From NCBI GenBank assembly GCA_013265495.1, contig MU057503.1:186001-250000 (forward strand): a DNA stretch of 64,000 nt. The letters are read 5' to 3'. The notes below the pieces were generated by a model that saw only the letters and a list, made by a program, of their open reading frames with translations, was not told the DNA's origin and made no database searches. Made by a program: the position numbers and the translations under genes. Below, one piece after another: positions 37,920 through 50,079 of the stretch (its first letter is position 1; each line of letters begins with the position of its first letter). The stretch is from Vicugna vicugna (lineage: Eukaryota).

Positions 37920-39700
37920 AAGTTTTTAATTAGCTTCTAATATATGAAAAGACTATCAGAAAACTGAGAATAAAAGGCAGTTCTCCTAACTCAATAAAGC
38001 CTATAAATTCCAAAGTCTGTAGCAAACATTATATTTGAGAAATTTTGAACATAAACCAAATAAGAATCGAAATTTTAAAAACAATATAATTCACTGTTTG
38101 CATGATACAGTCATGTACATAAAATCCAAAAACAATCAGCAGACTACTAAACCTAAGAGAATTCAGTAACATTAATAAAAGATTAGTTATAAAAATTAAT
38201 AGGTGTTTTCCACACCCATATAGGTCAGCGTTTTTTTTTTTGTTTGTTTTTTTACAAAGAACCAGATAATATTTTTAGCTTTATGGACCATAGGGTCTCT
38301 GACTCAACTATAACTGCTGATAGAACTCGAAAGCAGCAGTGGACATTGTGTGAACAAATGGACATGGCTGTGTTCCTGTAAAACTTTATTTTAAAAAGCA
38401 TGTACATTTGGCTTGTGAGCCGTACATTCCTGACCCTGCTATATAATACTAGAAGATAGCATAACAAAAATTAACCTAATTAGGAATGCATAAAACTTTC
38501 ATGGAAAAAAATTCTAACTTCATTAAAGATGAAAGATTACATGATAATCTTAACCTAGTCTGCTTCTCTAAATCTGTCATATCAGTGCCTCATATTCAAA
38601 ATTCTGTCCTGAGCTTTTTTTTTCTTTAGAGGGGTGTGTGTGTGTGTGTGTGTGTGTGTATGAGAGAGAGAGAGAGAAACTTGACAAATTCATTCCAAAA
38701 TTAGCATATACCAAGCAAGGTCCAGGGCTAAGTCAGTTTTGACAAAGAGGAAGAAGGAAGTGCTGAATTACTACATAGTAAGAACTACTACAAAGCTATA
38801 GTAATAAAAACAGTATGGTGCTAGCAAAAGAAAGGCAAATAGACTGGAATAAGCTAGTGAGCTTAGAAAAATTCATGTATGTATGAGAACTTGATAAGTG
38901 GCACTGCTAGGCAATGAGAAGCAGATTGCTTAAAGCAGATAGGTGCTTAGCTTTTATTAGGAGAACTATTTGAAGCTCACACATTATATACAAAGACAGA
39001 CTCCAGGAGAAATAAAGACCCAAATAAGAAATAAAAAGCTTTAACATTAATAAGATATTTTGTAGCATATCTATGACTTAGGGCTCCCAGAACATAACAT
39101 GAAAAATCAGTGGATTTGATTACATCAAAATTAAGTATTTTTGTTAAAAGAACCATATACAAAGTTAAAAGTCAGGTGTCAGTTTTAGAAAATCTTAAAC
39201 CTACAAGGAAATGATACAGTGTGTAAAGAACTGGTATGAATTAACAGAAACAAAGCAAGCAGACTTTTAAAGAAATAAAAAATATAAATAGTTTTAAAAA
39301 GGGGAAGCCCAAATGCTGACAGGTAGCTGAGAGGATACACAAACGACTAATCAGAAAAATTAAAGTGTGAGCTGCAACTTAATAGCCATCAGAAATGACA
39401 AAAACTTAAAAGGGTGCTAGTATAAAGTGTACGGAGGATTGTGGGAGAAGTCTTATGTACTCATGATGGGAGTACAGACTAGTGCCACCATCCTATAAAT
39501 CAGGAATGTTTAATCCCTCTGACCCAGCGCTCAGTGGAATTTTTACGCAGGTCGCTGAATATACAGTCTTTGTAGCTGCGTTGTTTGTGGTAGTGGGGAT
39601 GTGAAGGCAACCTAGCTAAATGTCTGTCCCTGGTGGAGTGAATAAGAAAAATGATGGTGATATACTGTGGAATACCAGCACAGCAGGTAGAAGTAACAGT
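37920..39700 (+). mobile_element. Very old L1 ORF2 and 3' remnants with a nested MER58A-like element (about 38221-38438)
   Basis: 'actactacaaagctatagtaataaaaacagtatggtg', 'ggatttgattacatcaaaatt'. MER58 phrase 'ggctgtgttcctgtaaaactttattt'. Confidence 0.65.
38634..38676. repeat. (GT)n(GA)n compound microsatellite
   Basis: Read directly from the sequence. Confidence 0.95.
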
Positions 39701-39722
39701 GGTGAGATCTTTAAAACTGGAT

Positions 39723-39876
39723 TTTTTTTTTTTTTTTTAGTTTTTTTTGAGGGGAGAGGAGGTGGAGGGAGGCAATTAGGTTTAGTTACTTCTTTTTAGA
39801 GGAGTACTGGGGCTTGAACGCAGGACTTTATACATACTAAGCACACACTCTACCACTTGAGCTATACCCTTTCCCC
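39723..39876 (-). mobile_element. tRNA-derived SINE (camelid Vic-1-like)
   Basis: Minus strand begins GGGGAAAGGGTATAGCTCAAGTGGTAGAG with A- and B-box-like motifs and a poly(A) tail. TSD AAAACTGGAT at 39713-39722 and 39877-39886. Confidence 0.9.
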
Positions 39877-40479
39877 AAAACTGGATAAACTTTAAAACAT
39901 ACAGTTGAGAGAAAAAGTGAAAAAAAAAAGATATTTAACTCAGAACCGTTTAGGTGAACTGAGAACAGAACATACTACATAAAAACATAATATCTAAGAT
40001 CACTGAGAAAGCACCTGTAGTGGAGGAAAATAGAAGTACAGCCAAAAAAAAGTATGAGGAATTACCAGTTGCTTTTATTTATATGTATATAATTGAAGTA
40101 AGAATGTAGATTCTTTTTTCTGGATGAATGCAGCTTTTTTAAAAAGCAAAATTCTGTATATTCATTGAAATCACATTATAAGCACATGTAGACTAGATAA
40201 ATTCGACTCCAGCAGAGGGCATGCAATTTAAAGTTCCTCAAGAAAGAAATTTCAAGATATTAAGATACAGAATAGCCTGTTTTATGTGCTTACAATTGTC
40301 ATCATATCTGTCAGGAAACAACCCCTGGTCCTCAACATAGAATGAAGATGCTAGTTCTAATGAACATCTCTGACCTGGGATCTGTCCAGTGCTCATACTG
40401 CTTAGCACGTAATCAGTTCCTACCTAGAGCATTAAAAGCTAAGAAAAAATCATTAAAAGCTATAATAGGTGATAGAAGG

Positions 40480-40645
40480 AAGAATCACATGAGTTTTTTA
40501 ATAGCGTTGTTTTCTAGAGCTCATCCCCAGAATTTCTGATGTGAGATCTGGGTAGGGCTTATGAGTTTGCACTTCTAGTAAGCTTACAACACTATTGTAG
40601 TAAGATTCTAATGCTGTTGGTCTAGGTATCACACTTGAGAAATTC
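40480..40645. mobile_element. MER5-like hAT-Charlie fragment
   Basis: 'aatcacatg', 'ccccagaatttctgat', 'ttctaatgctgttggtctagg..cacacttgagaa'. Confidence 0.6.
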
Positions 40646-41062
40646 TATAGGTAATGTTTCTTAATATGTATTGTGTGAACCACCATAGGCAGTAGCTTCC
40701 AGAGCCCTCCCCCAAGACCAGCAGAATATAAATCTTTATGAGGGGGGCTGCTTATGAACAAGAAAATGTAAGAACACCACTACAGTGGGCATATGTTCTC
40801 TAAGAGAAAGCATGGTAGTATCTGTGTGACTTTTCCATACCACTGAAAACAAAGAATTTAATTGTTCTGAAGGTCTTAGAATCATAGTAGGCCCATTTTT
40901 ATCAGAATGGAGACCATATATCTCATCTGAAAAAATGTCAAATATTAAAAAAAAGTTAACAGTAAAATACAATTTTGTTTAAAACAGGTAGTCCTATAGT
41001 TATAAAAATGTATACACTCCAAGACAACACAAAATCTGTATTAGAAATCTAAAAACCTGGCA

Positions 41063-41160
41063 GGGGAGGGTTTAGTTCAGAAGTAGAGTGCTTGCCTGGA
41101 TTCAGTCCCTAAGTACCTCTAGTAAAAAAAAAAAGTAATTACCCTCTACCCCTCAACAAA
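41063..41160 (+). mobile_element. Degenerate, internally deleted Vic-1-like SINE
   Basis: 'ggggagggtttagttcagaagtagagtgcttgc', 'ttcagtccctaagtacctc' and 'taattaccctc' match the other copies. Confidence 0.65.
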
Positions 41161-42516
41161 TTTACAGTATATGTCAGTTATGCCTTATAAAACTGGAAGG
41201 GAGTAAAACAGAATTATTTTTTAAAAAATTAAGAACCTACCTAAAAAATATTCAGAAGTTTTCTATCTGGATTTTTCTGCTAAATATCAATATATAATTT
41301 GAATTTTTCATCTTTATATTCATACTATAGTTTTAAATACTCAGGTGCTTAATTTTTTCTGAACTTGCATTTGTAATCTAGTTTTTAAGTATCTAATTTC
41401 TTAAAGTCTCTCAAAAACACGATATTTTCTAATGATACCTTAGCAAAGCTTAAACAACTTTTTTTCTATTTTGTTAAATTGACTATTTTTTTCCAAAAGT
41501 GTTGGCATCAGATGGATAGTCTAATTATTCAATTGGGTATATGTAGCTACTTACACCTTATATTTCCAAAGGTTATTTTAAAGTAGAATAATTTTAGAAG
41601 CCTGGAGGTTCCTAAGGAGAAACCGATAGATTATCCCTTTCTTCAGAAAATGTGTTTAACGTTAACACCTTATTCCTCAGTTAGAAGCAGTGCAACTTTA
41701 TTTATTTATATTAATTGACTAAGTTGTAGTATTAATTTTTTTCTGTGTGGTTTCATTTAGGTATAATTATTTCAAAGGATGCCTTTGAGATTACTAACAT
41801 TATAGAAATAAAAAGATCCAAATTTTGCTATTTTCCTGAAGTAAGCAAAAATTCTTGTGAGGGTAGCATGAGAAGTTATTGAATTCAGACATTTTTATTA
41901 ATTACTCAAAAATATTGATACGTTACATAAGATTAAGAATCTGGTGAAAAAAATTAAGGGTCATTGATGACTGTGAAGCAGCAGTTTTTGTAGGCTAGAA
42001 ATCATTCAGTGAAGAATCCAGAATCAACCAGATAAGGCACGAGAGTTTAAAAAAGTCAAATGGAAAACCAAGCTAGTCGTTCTTAACTCACACATCCCTC
42101 TGCCATCTGTGTTGTTCTGATTAATGGAATTCAAAATTGGTAACTGAAACACTAAGTATAAACTTAATCTAGTGCAGTATTAGTATTTTTACAACACTCT
42201 GTCCCTGAGTGCTCTGCTTAGAGAGACAATACACTTTATAAATAAAACCATGGCATACTACTCTTTTAGTTAGGAAAATAATAAACATCTAGATGACTCT
42301 GCAATATTCTGGGGTTTTTGGGTTTTTTTACACCATCCATTTTGATATTGTACCTGTTTAAATACAGGTAGAAAAAATTAGCATATACTTCTTTAGAATT
42401 TTTTAAAGTTACTAAACCCAATTTGCATATATAGTAATTACAAGGTTAACTATATAAATTGATTCAGAAAGAGTGGATAGACCTATTAGATTGAAAGTTA
42501 TTAAAATGCTAAAATG

Positions 42517-42517
<1 letters not shown>

Positions 42518-42542
<25 letters not shown>
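42518..42542. repeat. (TA)n microsatellite
   Basis: Read directly from the sequence. Confidence 0.95.
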
Positions 42543-42547
<5 letters not shown>

Positions 42548-42750
42548 ATAAAATTATTAAAATGAAATGTGCTAAGTACTGTCAGAAAAAGTATTGTTTT
42601 CATTTTAACAATAAACTGTACAGAGACCTTTTAAGTATTTATAAGCATGATAGTCTCTGCTCATTTGAAACATTAGTAAATTTGATTGTGACAGTTTTAT
42701 TTTGGTACCAGAGAGCTATGGTTATTATAGCTAACAGAAAGTGCATTCTT

Positions 42751-42904
42751 TTTTTTTTTTTTAATATGTTGTCCTTTATTTTTTAGGGGTGAGGTAATTA
42801 GGTTTACTTATTTATTAATTTTTTTAAGGAGGTACTGGGGACTGAACCCAGGACCTTGTGTATGCTAAGCATGTGCTCTACCATTTGAGCTATACCCTGT
42901 CCCC
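42751..42904 (-). mobile_element. tRNA-derived SINE (camelid Vic-1-like)
   Basis: Same head as the 39723 copy. Perfect TSD AGAAAGTGCATTCTT at 42736-42750 and 42905-42919. Confidence 0.92.
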
Positions 42905-45647
42905 AGAAAGTGCATTCTTGAAGTTTTTGTGAAAGTATACAAATTTGTTACCAATTTTAACCTTGTTCAGATACTAGAAGTGGGTGATTGAGTGACTTTG
43001 ATTTGTAGGAGTTGAGAGGATGGCTCAAGAGCCAGCTTTTTATTCCTTGTCCTTCATTCATATTCATATATTTTTAATTAATAACATGTCTTCAATTTGA
43101 AATGTAACCTTTGACCATAAATCCAGGATAATATTCCAAAATCTGCAGTTTGCTTTCATTTTTAAAGACATTTTGAATCTGTAAATTTTCTTTCATACAT
43201 GATCTCATTTTATCTTCTTCTTACTATTGTTCTCATTGAGAAAAAGACTTTTTCTGAGACTATGAAGTTTGGGGTAAGAACTATATACTAAACTTTAAAG
43301 GATGTCTCTAAGTAATGATATAAAACAAAGATCAAATAGAGGGGATAATCCTCAAGGTTCAGGAAACTTGGATCCTATTTTGTCAGAGAGGCCAAGGGAA
43401 AGAAGAGCTTCTAGAAGAAAGGGAATGGTAAGCAGTGCTAAATGATGCAGAGATTAGGGGGAGAACAGAAGAGATTCAGTGTATTTGACAAATGGAGACA
43501 GCGTGAATGAGAATGAGAAGTAGATTATAGGAAAAGAGGAGACGAATACCTAGTCAGGAAATGGAACAAGTGGTATAGATCACTCATCATGAAATGTACT
43601 AAAAGAAGAAAGATAACTAAGGTACTTGGTTGGAAAGACAGGATTCCTGGAGAGAAAAAGAAACTATATATAAATCTGTTTGTTATTTAAATATACACAT
43701 CCTTTCCTGGGTATTTGCCGCTTAATGATAAAGGTGGCATAAATGGTAGAATGAATGTTCTATGTACTGCTGTCTACCGATAAACTGTTTTTCCCTGGTT
43801 ATTTTATTTTAGTGGTCCAAACTCCACATCATTTTTGGAAGCGCTTGTGTACATAAATAAACACTCCCCATAATTCTGTACTTTGAGGTTCCTCAATTTA
43901 ATAGTCATTAAGATCTTGAGTGTGTATGCAGATTTTACTTTGAAATGCTGAAAATGCACATTGATTAAATATTGCCTTCATGTAAACAATGTGTCTACTT
44001 TCTGTTGTGATAGGATAATGTATAATCTAGTACTATGTCTCCAAGTTTTACCAAAGAGAGCATGGTCACAGTCAAGCTTATTAGCCAGTGTTAGATTCAG
44101 TATTTAAAAGTCGTATCCAAATCTAATTGCTGTTAGGACATTTTGATAGTACATTTTATGCATAAATGATTGTAACTTAAGTATAGAGTTCTCATATAGA
44201 TGCATGATATTTACAGGTACTAAAAAAAAATTACTGGATATTTTATTTCTTCCTTTCTCTCCTGGTTTGTTCCAAAAAGGATTTGAGCAATTTACAGTAA
44301 AACATGCAAGTCAAGGTTAACTGTATGAATAGATACAGCAGTCAGGACAAATGGAAAATAAATACAGTAAGATGAAACCGGAGAAGTTAGTTGGTAGGAG
44401 CTGTAAGAGCTTTTGAAGTTACTAAAATTGATCTGCAAATGTTACAGACTTATTTTGGATCCCAATTCAAACTAACCAACTTCTCAGACATTTGGGGGGT
44501 GAAAAATGTAAACATGAACTGAGTATTAGGTTGGGACAGAGAGTAGTACCAAAAAAGATCTCTTGCCTGCTAGGGATGCATATGTGGTGTTTACAGGTGA
44601 AATTATAAATGTCTGAGATTTACTTTAAAATAGTCCAGCAAAAACATGAAGGAACAGAGGCTGAGAGGATTATAGATAAAACAAGAGTGATAGAATGTTA
44701 ACAATTTTTGAAGCTGAATGACTGATACTGGATACTTGAGAACTTGTGTATGTTTGGAGATTTCTGTTAGACATCAAAAATAAAAGTTGCAGTTTTGGTG
44801 CTGAGATTCATAATGCTGAAGAAAGTAACTGTAATTTTATTTTTTTTAAATGAAATGTTTTGTCAAATCCCATATATATCACTCAAAATAAGGAATAAAA
44901 ATTAAGTTGTGAGAAACAATTTATATATAAATTTCCTTAAACTCTCTTTTTCTATTTTTTAAGTATTTAACACCTGGCCTGACATAAAGGAGACACACAG
45001 CAAGTGCTTGTTGAACTGAACTAATTTTGTATCTCACAGCAGTGAAAGTGTTTAACTTTCAAGAGATTTAAGTTTCTCTTTTTCTCTACGAACTTACCTT
45101 AAGATGGTTGTTAGAAATGGGGAGAGTTTAAGGTCAGTTTTGTTTTTCTTAATAAGATAATTTTTGTTTTATAGTATTTTACAAATTTCGGTTTTACGTC
45201 AGGTTAGAAAATAACTAAAAATTTTTAAAATAATTGTTTTGCTGTGTCTGCATTCAGACTCAATTTCTCTATATTTTGATTGCTGAATGTGGTATTCGAT
45301 TTTCATGTATGTTAAATATTTAGGTAACTTAACCAAGAATAAGCCTTGTTTTTCTGTTGAGGTAAGAATTTCAACTTAGCCTTGAATTGCAGACTTTTAG
45401 TTAAAACATTGGGAATACAGGCTTTAAAATACTGCATTCAGTTGTCAGGGATGAAGTTTAATTTTCTGTCTTCGTGAAATCATTTCAGGTAAATTGATGT
45501 TGTACCTTTTTCTGTCTTGTTAAGAGATGAATTGCTGTTTTATGGTACACCTAGCCCAAACAAGCCAAAATTAGTTTTAACACTAGATAACTGGCTTAGC
45601 ATCTAGACTGTGTATATTCTAAGCATTTTTTTCTCTTGTCTCTTCAG

Positions 45648-45672
45648 AAGGCTATTAGTGCAGAGTTGCTAA
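45648..45672 (+). CDS. USP15: Candidate USP15 alternative terminal exon, coding part (short DUSP-UBL-only isoform ending K-RLLVQSC*)
   Basis: Strong pyrimidine tract tttttttctcttgtctcttcag, then A AGG CTA TTA GTG CAG AGT TGC TAA in the exon 6 phase. Resembles the recalled C-terminus KPLEQSC* of the short human isoform. Confidence 0.75.
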
Positions 45673-45889
45673 TGAACAGTGTAATTTCCATATTATATCA
45701 AAGAAAGAGAGCTGAAGAGCTCAGGTTATACTCCACAAATTGACTAATTAACCCCTAAATTAACTCCACAAATGTTAGCTGGGTTGGGCTATGTGTAATC
45801 TAGGTCAGAAGTTGGAATCAGAATAGATAAGTGATCTAATTTAACAATAATGCCTGTAACAGCATTGGGAAAAAGTGTTATCATACTTC

Positions 45890-46226
45890 ATATTTACCTG
45901 TGGACCACATCCATCCTTCTCTCTCTGATCTCCATGCTATTTAAGGACACTCTCTCTACCAATGGTTTTTATCCCAATACTTCCTGGACCTTGCTTTTTT
46001 TCTTTCATTATCTCCTCTCTCCTGCATATATAAATGCCATATCTATGGTAGACACTCAGTTAACCCTAGTTCATGCTTTTGTTTCTTTTCCAGTGTCATC
46101 TTCCCTGCTAGGCTGTAAATATAAACAAATCTCTCCCATCTTTAAAAATAAAAACAAAAATCCCATAAACTTCCTCTGAATACCATTTAGTTTAACTTTT
46201 TTTTTAATTCAGAGATGTGTGTGATT

Positions 46227-46257
<31 letters not shown>

Positions 46258-47430
46258 ATTTATTAATGGCAGTATTGGGGATTGAACCCAGGACCTCATG
46301 CATGCTAGGCATGCACGTCTACCACTGAGCTATACCCTACCCCACCCAGCTTTGTTTGAAACCTAGTTTATTTGACCTCTCTTTAATACTTCGTTTTTGA
46401 TAACTATCTCCTGTAGAATTTCTCTTATTTTTAATCTGTGGACTGTTTTCACCTCCCTGACAAATCCCCTGGCTGGCTGGCTCTTCCTGTCCAGGGCTGC
46501 CTGTTTGATTGAACAGATTGTGTATGCACAGCTCTTGGAGGCATTATTCACATTGTACTCCATGTAAAAGGCCCTCCTTCGCATTGTGCAGTTTTACCAA
46601 TCATTGTTTTTGTGCTGTTACTGCAAATATTCACCCAGTGAAGGAGGTTAAGTAACATTTAAAAAGCATGTTGGTGTTTTTATTAAACTAGTTTTGACTT
46701 CATGGACAGATGCCCTGAAAGGATCTTGTAGCCCTCTCAGTGTGCATGGATTGTACTTTGAGAACTGCTTCCTGAACTTCCAAGACAGGTTGCTCTTGCC
46801 CACTCCACTGCCTTAGTCCCAGTCTTTATTGTTTCTCACCTTTGTTGTTTTTATAGTCTCCTAAATGACTTTCCAATCTTCAGTCTCTTTCTTTCTCCAG
46901 AGTTACCTTTCTAAAATACAAATCTCATTATGTTGACATTCCTAAAATCTTTCAACATGCCACAGTGCAATTGGATAAAATCCAAATTCCTTCAGAGAAC
47001 ATAAAAGGTTATTTATTATCATAACTACCTTACTAACCTCTGTCCCTATCACTACATACTTCCTGCACTTTCAGCCAATAAATTGATAATTCCCTGAAAC
47101 ACTTCATGGTTTCTATAGTCCCACACATTTTCACATGCTATTCTCTCCACCTGGAATACTTTCACTTTCCAGTTCCCACCGACCTCTCCAACTATACACA
47201 TCAGTTTACAATCACCTTATGTTACTACCCACAAAATTTTGTATTTTGTTATAATTTTAAAATTTGTTTTAGAACTTACACTGTTTTATAGTTATTTTGC
47301 TTATGTGTCATTTTCACCTGTTAGATTATGAGCTATTTGAGGTCAGGAACTATGTCTGTCTTTGTATTCCTAGTACTTAACAGGGACAAAGCATAATGTA
47401 ATCATTTAATAAATGAGTATTTTAATGAAT
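45890..47430 (+). mobile_element. L2 LINE fragments (interrupted by a SINE)
   Basis: 'ccagagttacctttctaaaatacaaatctc', 'ttagattatgagctatttgaggtcagg', tail 'aataaatgagtattttaatgaat'. Confidence 0.65.
46196..46342 (-). mobile_element. tRNA-derived SINE (camelid Vic-1-like)
   Basis: 'ggggattgaacccaggacctcatgcatgctaggcatgcacgtctaccactgagctataccc' with a (TTTA)n stretch. No clear TSD. Confidence 0.88.
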
Positions 47431-49093
47431 ATCATAGAAACTTCTATTACTGTCCTGGGGTAGAGTTGCTAATGAATAGTAAAAAACCATAGACAGGCAG
47501 GAAAAGGGGGAGAAAATATATATATATATATGTATGTATGTATGTGTATATATGCCTTAGCCACTTTGTTGGATGAAGTAATAAATCTTTATTTTCGTAA
47601 TTTTACTATAAGTACAAAGGAATATTTCATTTTATATCTGTGTCCCTGAAAAGCTATGATGATTTGAATTAAATTGTAATCAAATGGATCACATTTTGAA
47701 AAATTAACCTCCTTAATTCAATATAACTCAAACTCCATGTTTTTGAAATGTTTTTGTAATTTAGCATTCTTAACATGAAGGCAAAAAAATGCCAGAATAC
47801 TTCTGTATTTCTATTAATATTTTTAAATTAGTACCTTAAAATATTAGGATATTAAAATTGCCTTTAAGTGTGTTTTCTACATTGTTTTATATTAAAACCT
47901 GATTGATTTTTGTTTTGAGCTTAGTACAATTAGAATCTTGTAAAGGTCTTCTGTCAGAAGGGCACCTAAATAGATATCCCTGTATGCAACCTGAATCAAC
48001 AACAACAAAAACCTCCTTTAAAATGAAGAAAAAAATTTACCAAGATTTCATAATGTATAACACTTCAGAAGTTAAATAAAATTTTTATATGTAAGAAATT
48101 TTATTACCCACCATTTAATTTAGCGAAATCCAAATTACCTTAAAGCTAACTTTGTAGATTATACTTCCCTGCCCACGTACCGTTTCACTGTTCATTAGTA
48201 CCTGAATAGAGGAAATAAAATAAATTTCTAAAACTAATCACTTTGGGCCTCGCTGATTTAGAGTTTATGATGACTGAGGTACTGAACTGAAAGTTAGCTA
48301 TGGCCCATGGGCTAGATGTTGCCTACTAAATTAAAATTGTACACAAAATTATAAGAGAAATTAAATCTTTCAGAGAATTTTAAGTACTTTAAAATCATTC
48401 TTATGCAGTAGCCTTGTTTATTATAAATCATACCTTTAAAAAAGCATATTATTTGATTCAAAACCGTTAGTAATTGAGAGTCTCCAAAAAGATTCTGAAT
48501 TAGTGAGGTGTGTAATATATAGTCAGGTTTATATCTGTTCAATTTTTGCAGGGATAACTTTGGCCAGAAATTACTTCTTGGGATTATGTTTGGAATTCTC
48601 TTGCTGTTTCATCCCTCTTGCCTTATACTTTTAAAAATTGGTAAATCCTCTGATGTCTGTGTCAGTGTTGTGCATAATTAGAATGCCATGGTACCTACTG
48701 AGACACAAAATGGATTTTTTACATGCTCCCTTAAAAAATTAATATTTAATTTCCATTGATTTTATTTCCATTGATTGTAAAATATTAGTAATGGTTACCT
48801 GAACTCAAAAATTGGTGTATTGCTTTAGTAGAATTGTAAGAATAAGATCAGGTTTTATATTTAATTTGATAAATTCCTTTTGGAAACAATTCCCTTGTAT
48901 ACCATTATTTTTTATATGAATGAATACATCAAAAATCGAAAACCAAAGGATATATGGTGATTTTGCTCATAAATCTGTTTTCTAGCATTCATTTACTACA
49001 TACATTGTCATCTGTTAGTTCTTTTCTTTATTTCATAATTAATTTCAAAATTCAGCATTTTTTATCTAATTTAACATTTTCATATCTTTAAAG

Positions 49094-49180
49094 GTCCCCA
49101 GGTGCATCCAATTTTTCAACTTTACCAAAGATCTCTCCTTCATCTCTATCAAATAATTATAACAACATCAACAACAGAAA
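49094..49180 (+). CDS. USP15: USP15 exon 7 (87 bp cassette exon, 29 aa Ser/Asn-rich linker)
   Basis: Acceptor tctttaaag|G, donor AGAAA|gtaagc. Translates (K)SPGASNFSTLPKISPSSLSNNYNNINNR; phase 2-2, length divisible by 3. Confidence 0.95.
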
Positions 49181-50079
49181 GTAAGCACTGAATCTTAAAA
49201 ACTCTTTGTTTAATTGATCGCCCTATTGTGGTTGCAAAAATTCTCTTGGATCTAAAATGTAGGATAAAGTTTTAATGCATTAAAATTGATTTTTTCTTAA
49301 ATCATTGGTCAGTTCTTCTAGGAGTAATTTCACAAGAAAGAAAACAGGTATAAACTTCTTGATTTAATATATATACTATAATAAGTTACTAAAGAAAGGA
49401 CTTTCAGAATTTCACATTCTAAACATTAATTACTGAAATATATATAGAAATCTTTTAGAATTCAGATTCTTTGAAAGAGTATAGATTTCAGATGTCATTT
49501 TAGAACTAAACATGTGATCCCAGACAACGTATAGTATTTTTTGAAAGTACATGTCAGTGATTTTCAACTGGAAAGCATACACAAATTTTTATTTATCAAA
49601 GGCAGTTTTTTTTAAGTTTGGAGAAACAATTCGTTTGCTCCATCATGAATGACATTCAGAATCTTTAGATTTATAAAAATTATGTGAAAGTGTGTGCTAT
49701 ATTGCTTTAAGAAAAAAGTTGAAGTCACTTAAGATTCAGTATAACATCTGACAAGGATGTATTACCTTGAAAATTGGCATGGTTCTCTAAAAAACATAAA
49801 AAGAAAACTTTATTTGTAAGGAGTCCAGTCAGTTATTGGAAAAACTTTAATCCAGAGATGATTATTGTCTTTTTACTTCTTAGATATGTGCATTGTGGTT
49901 TACGTAGTTAAATATTTACACTACTTGTACAGTTCATAAATGGCATCTGATTGTTTCAAAGAGTAAATTCAAAAAGACTAAAATTGTTTGTGAAATAAGC
50001 TTTTAAAAAAACAGCATTAATTGAATTTATAAAGATTTAATTGATTTTCCCTTAAAATTCATGTGGGAGGGCATGATAA

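Noticed and set aside
39800..39876. Possible tRNA genes (also near 42830-42904 and 46270-46342)
   Set aside because: The tRNA-like heads carry unrelated tails, poly(A) and in two cases TSDs, so they are SINEs.
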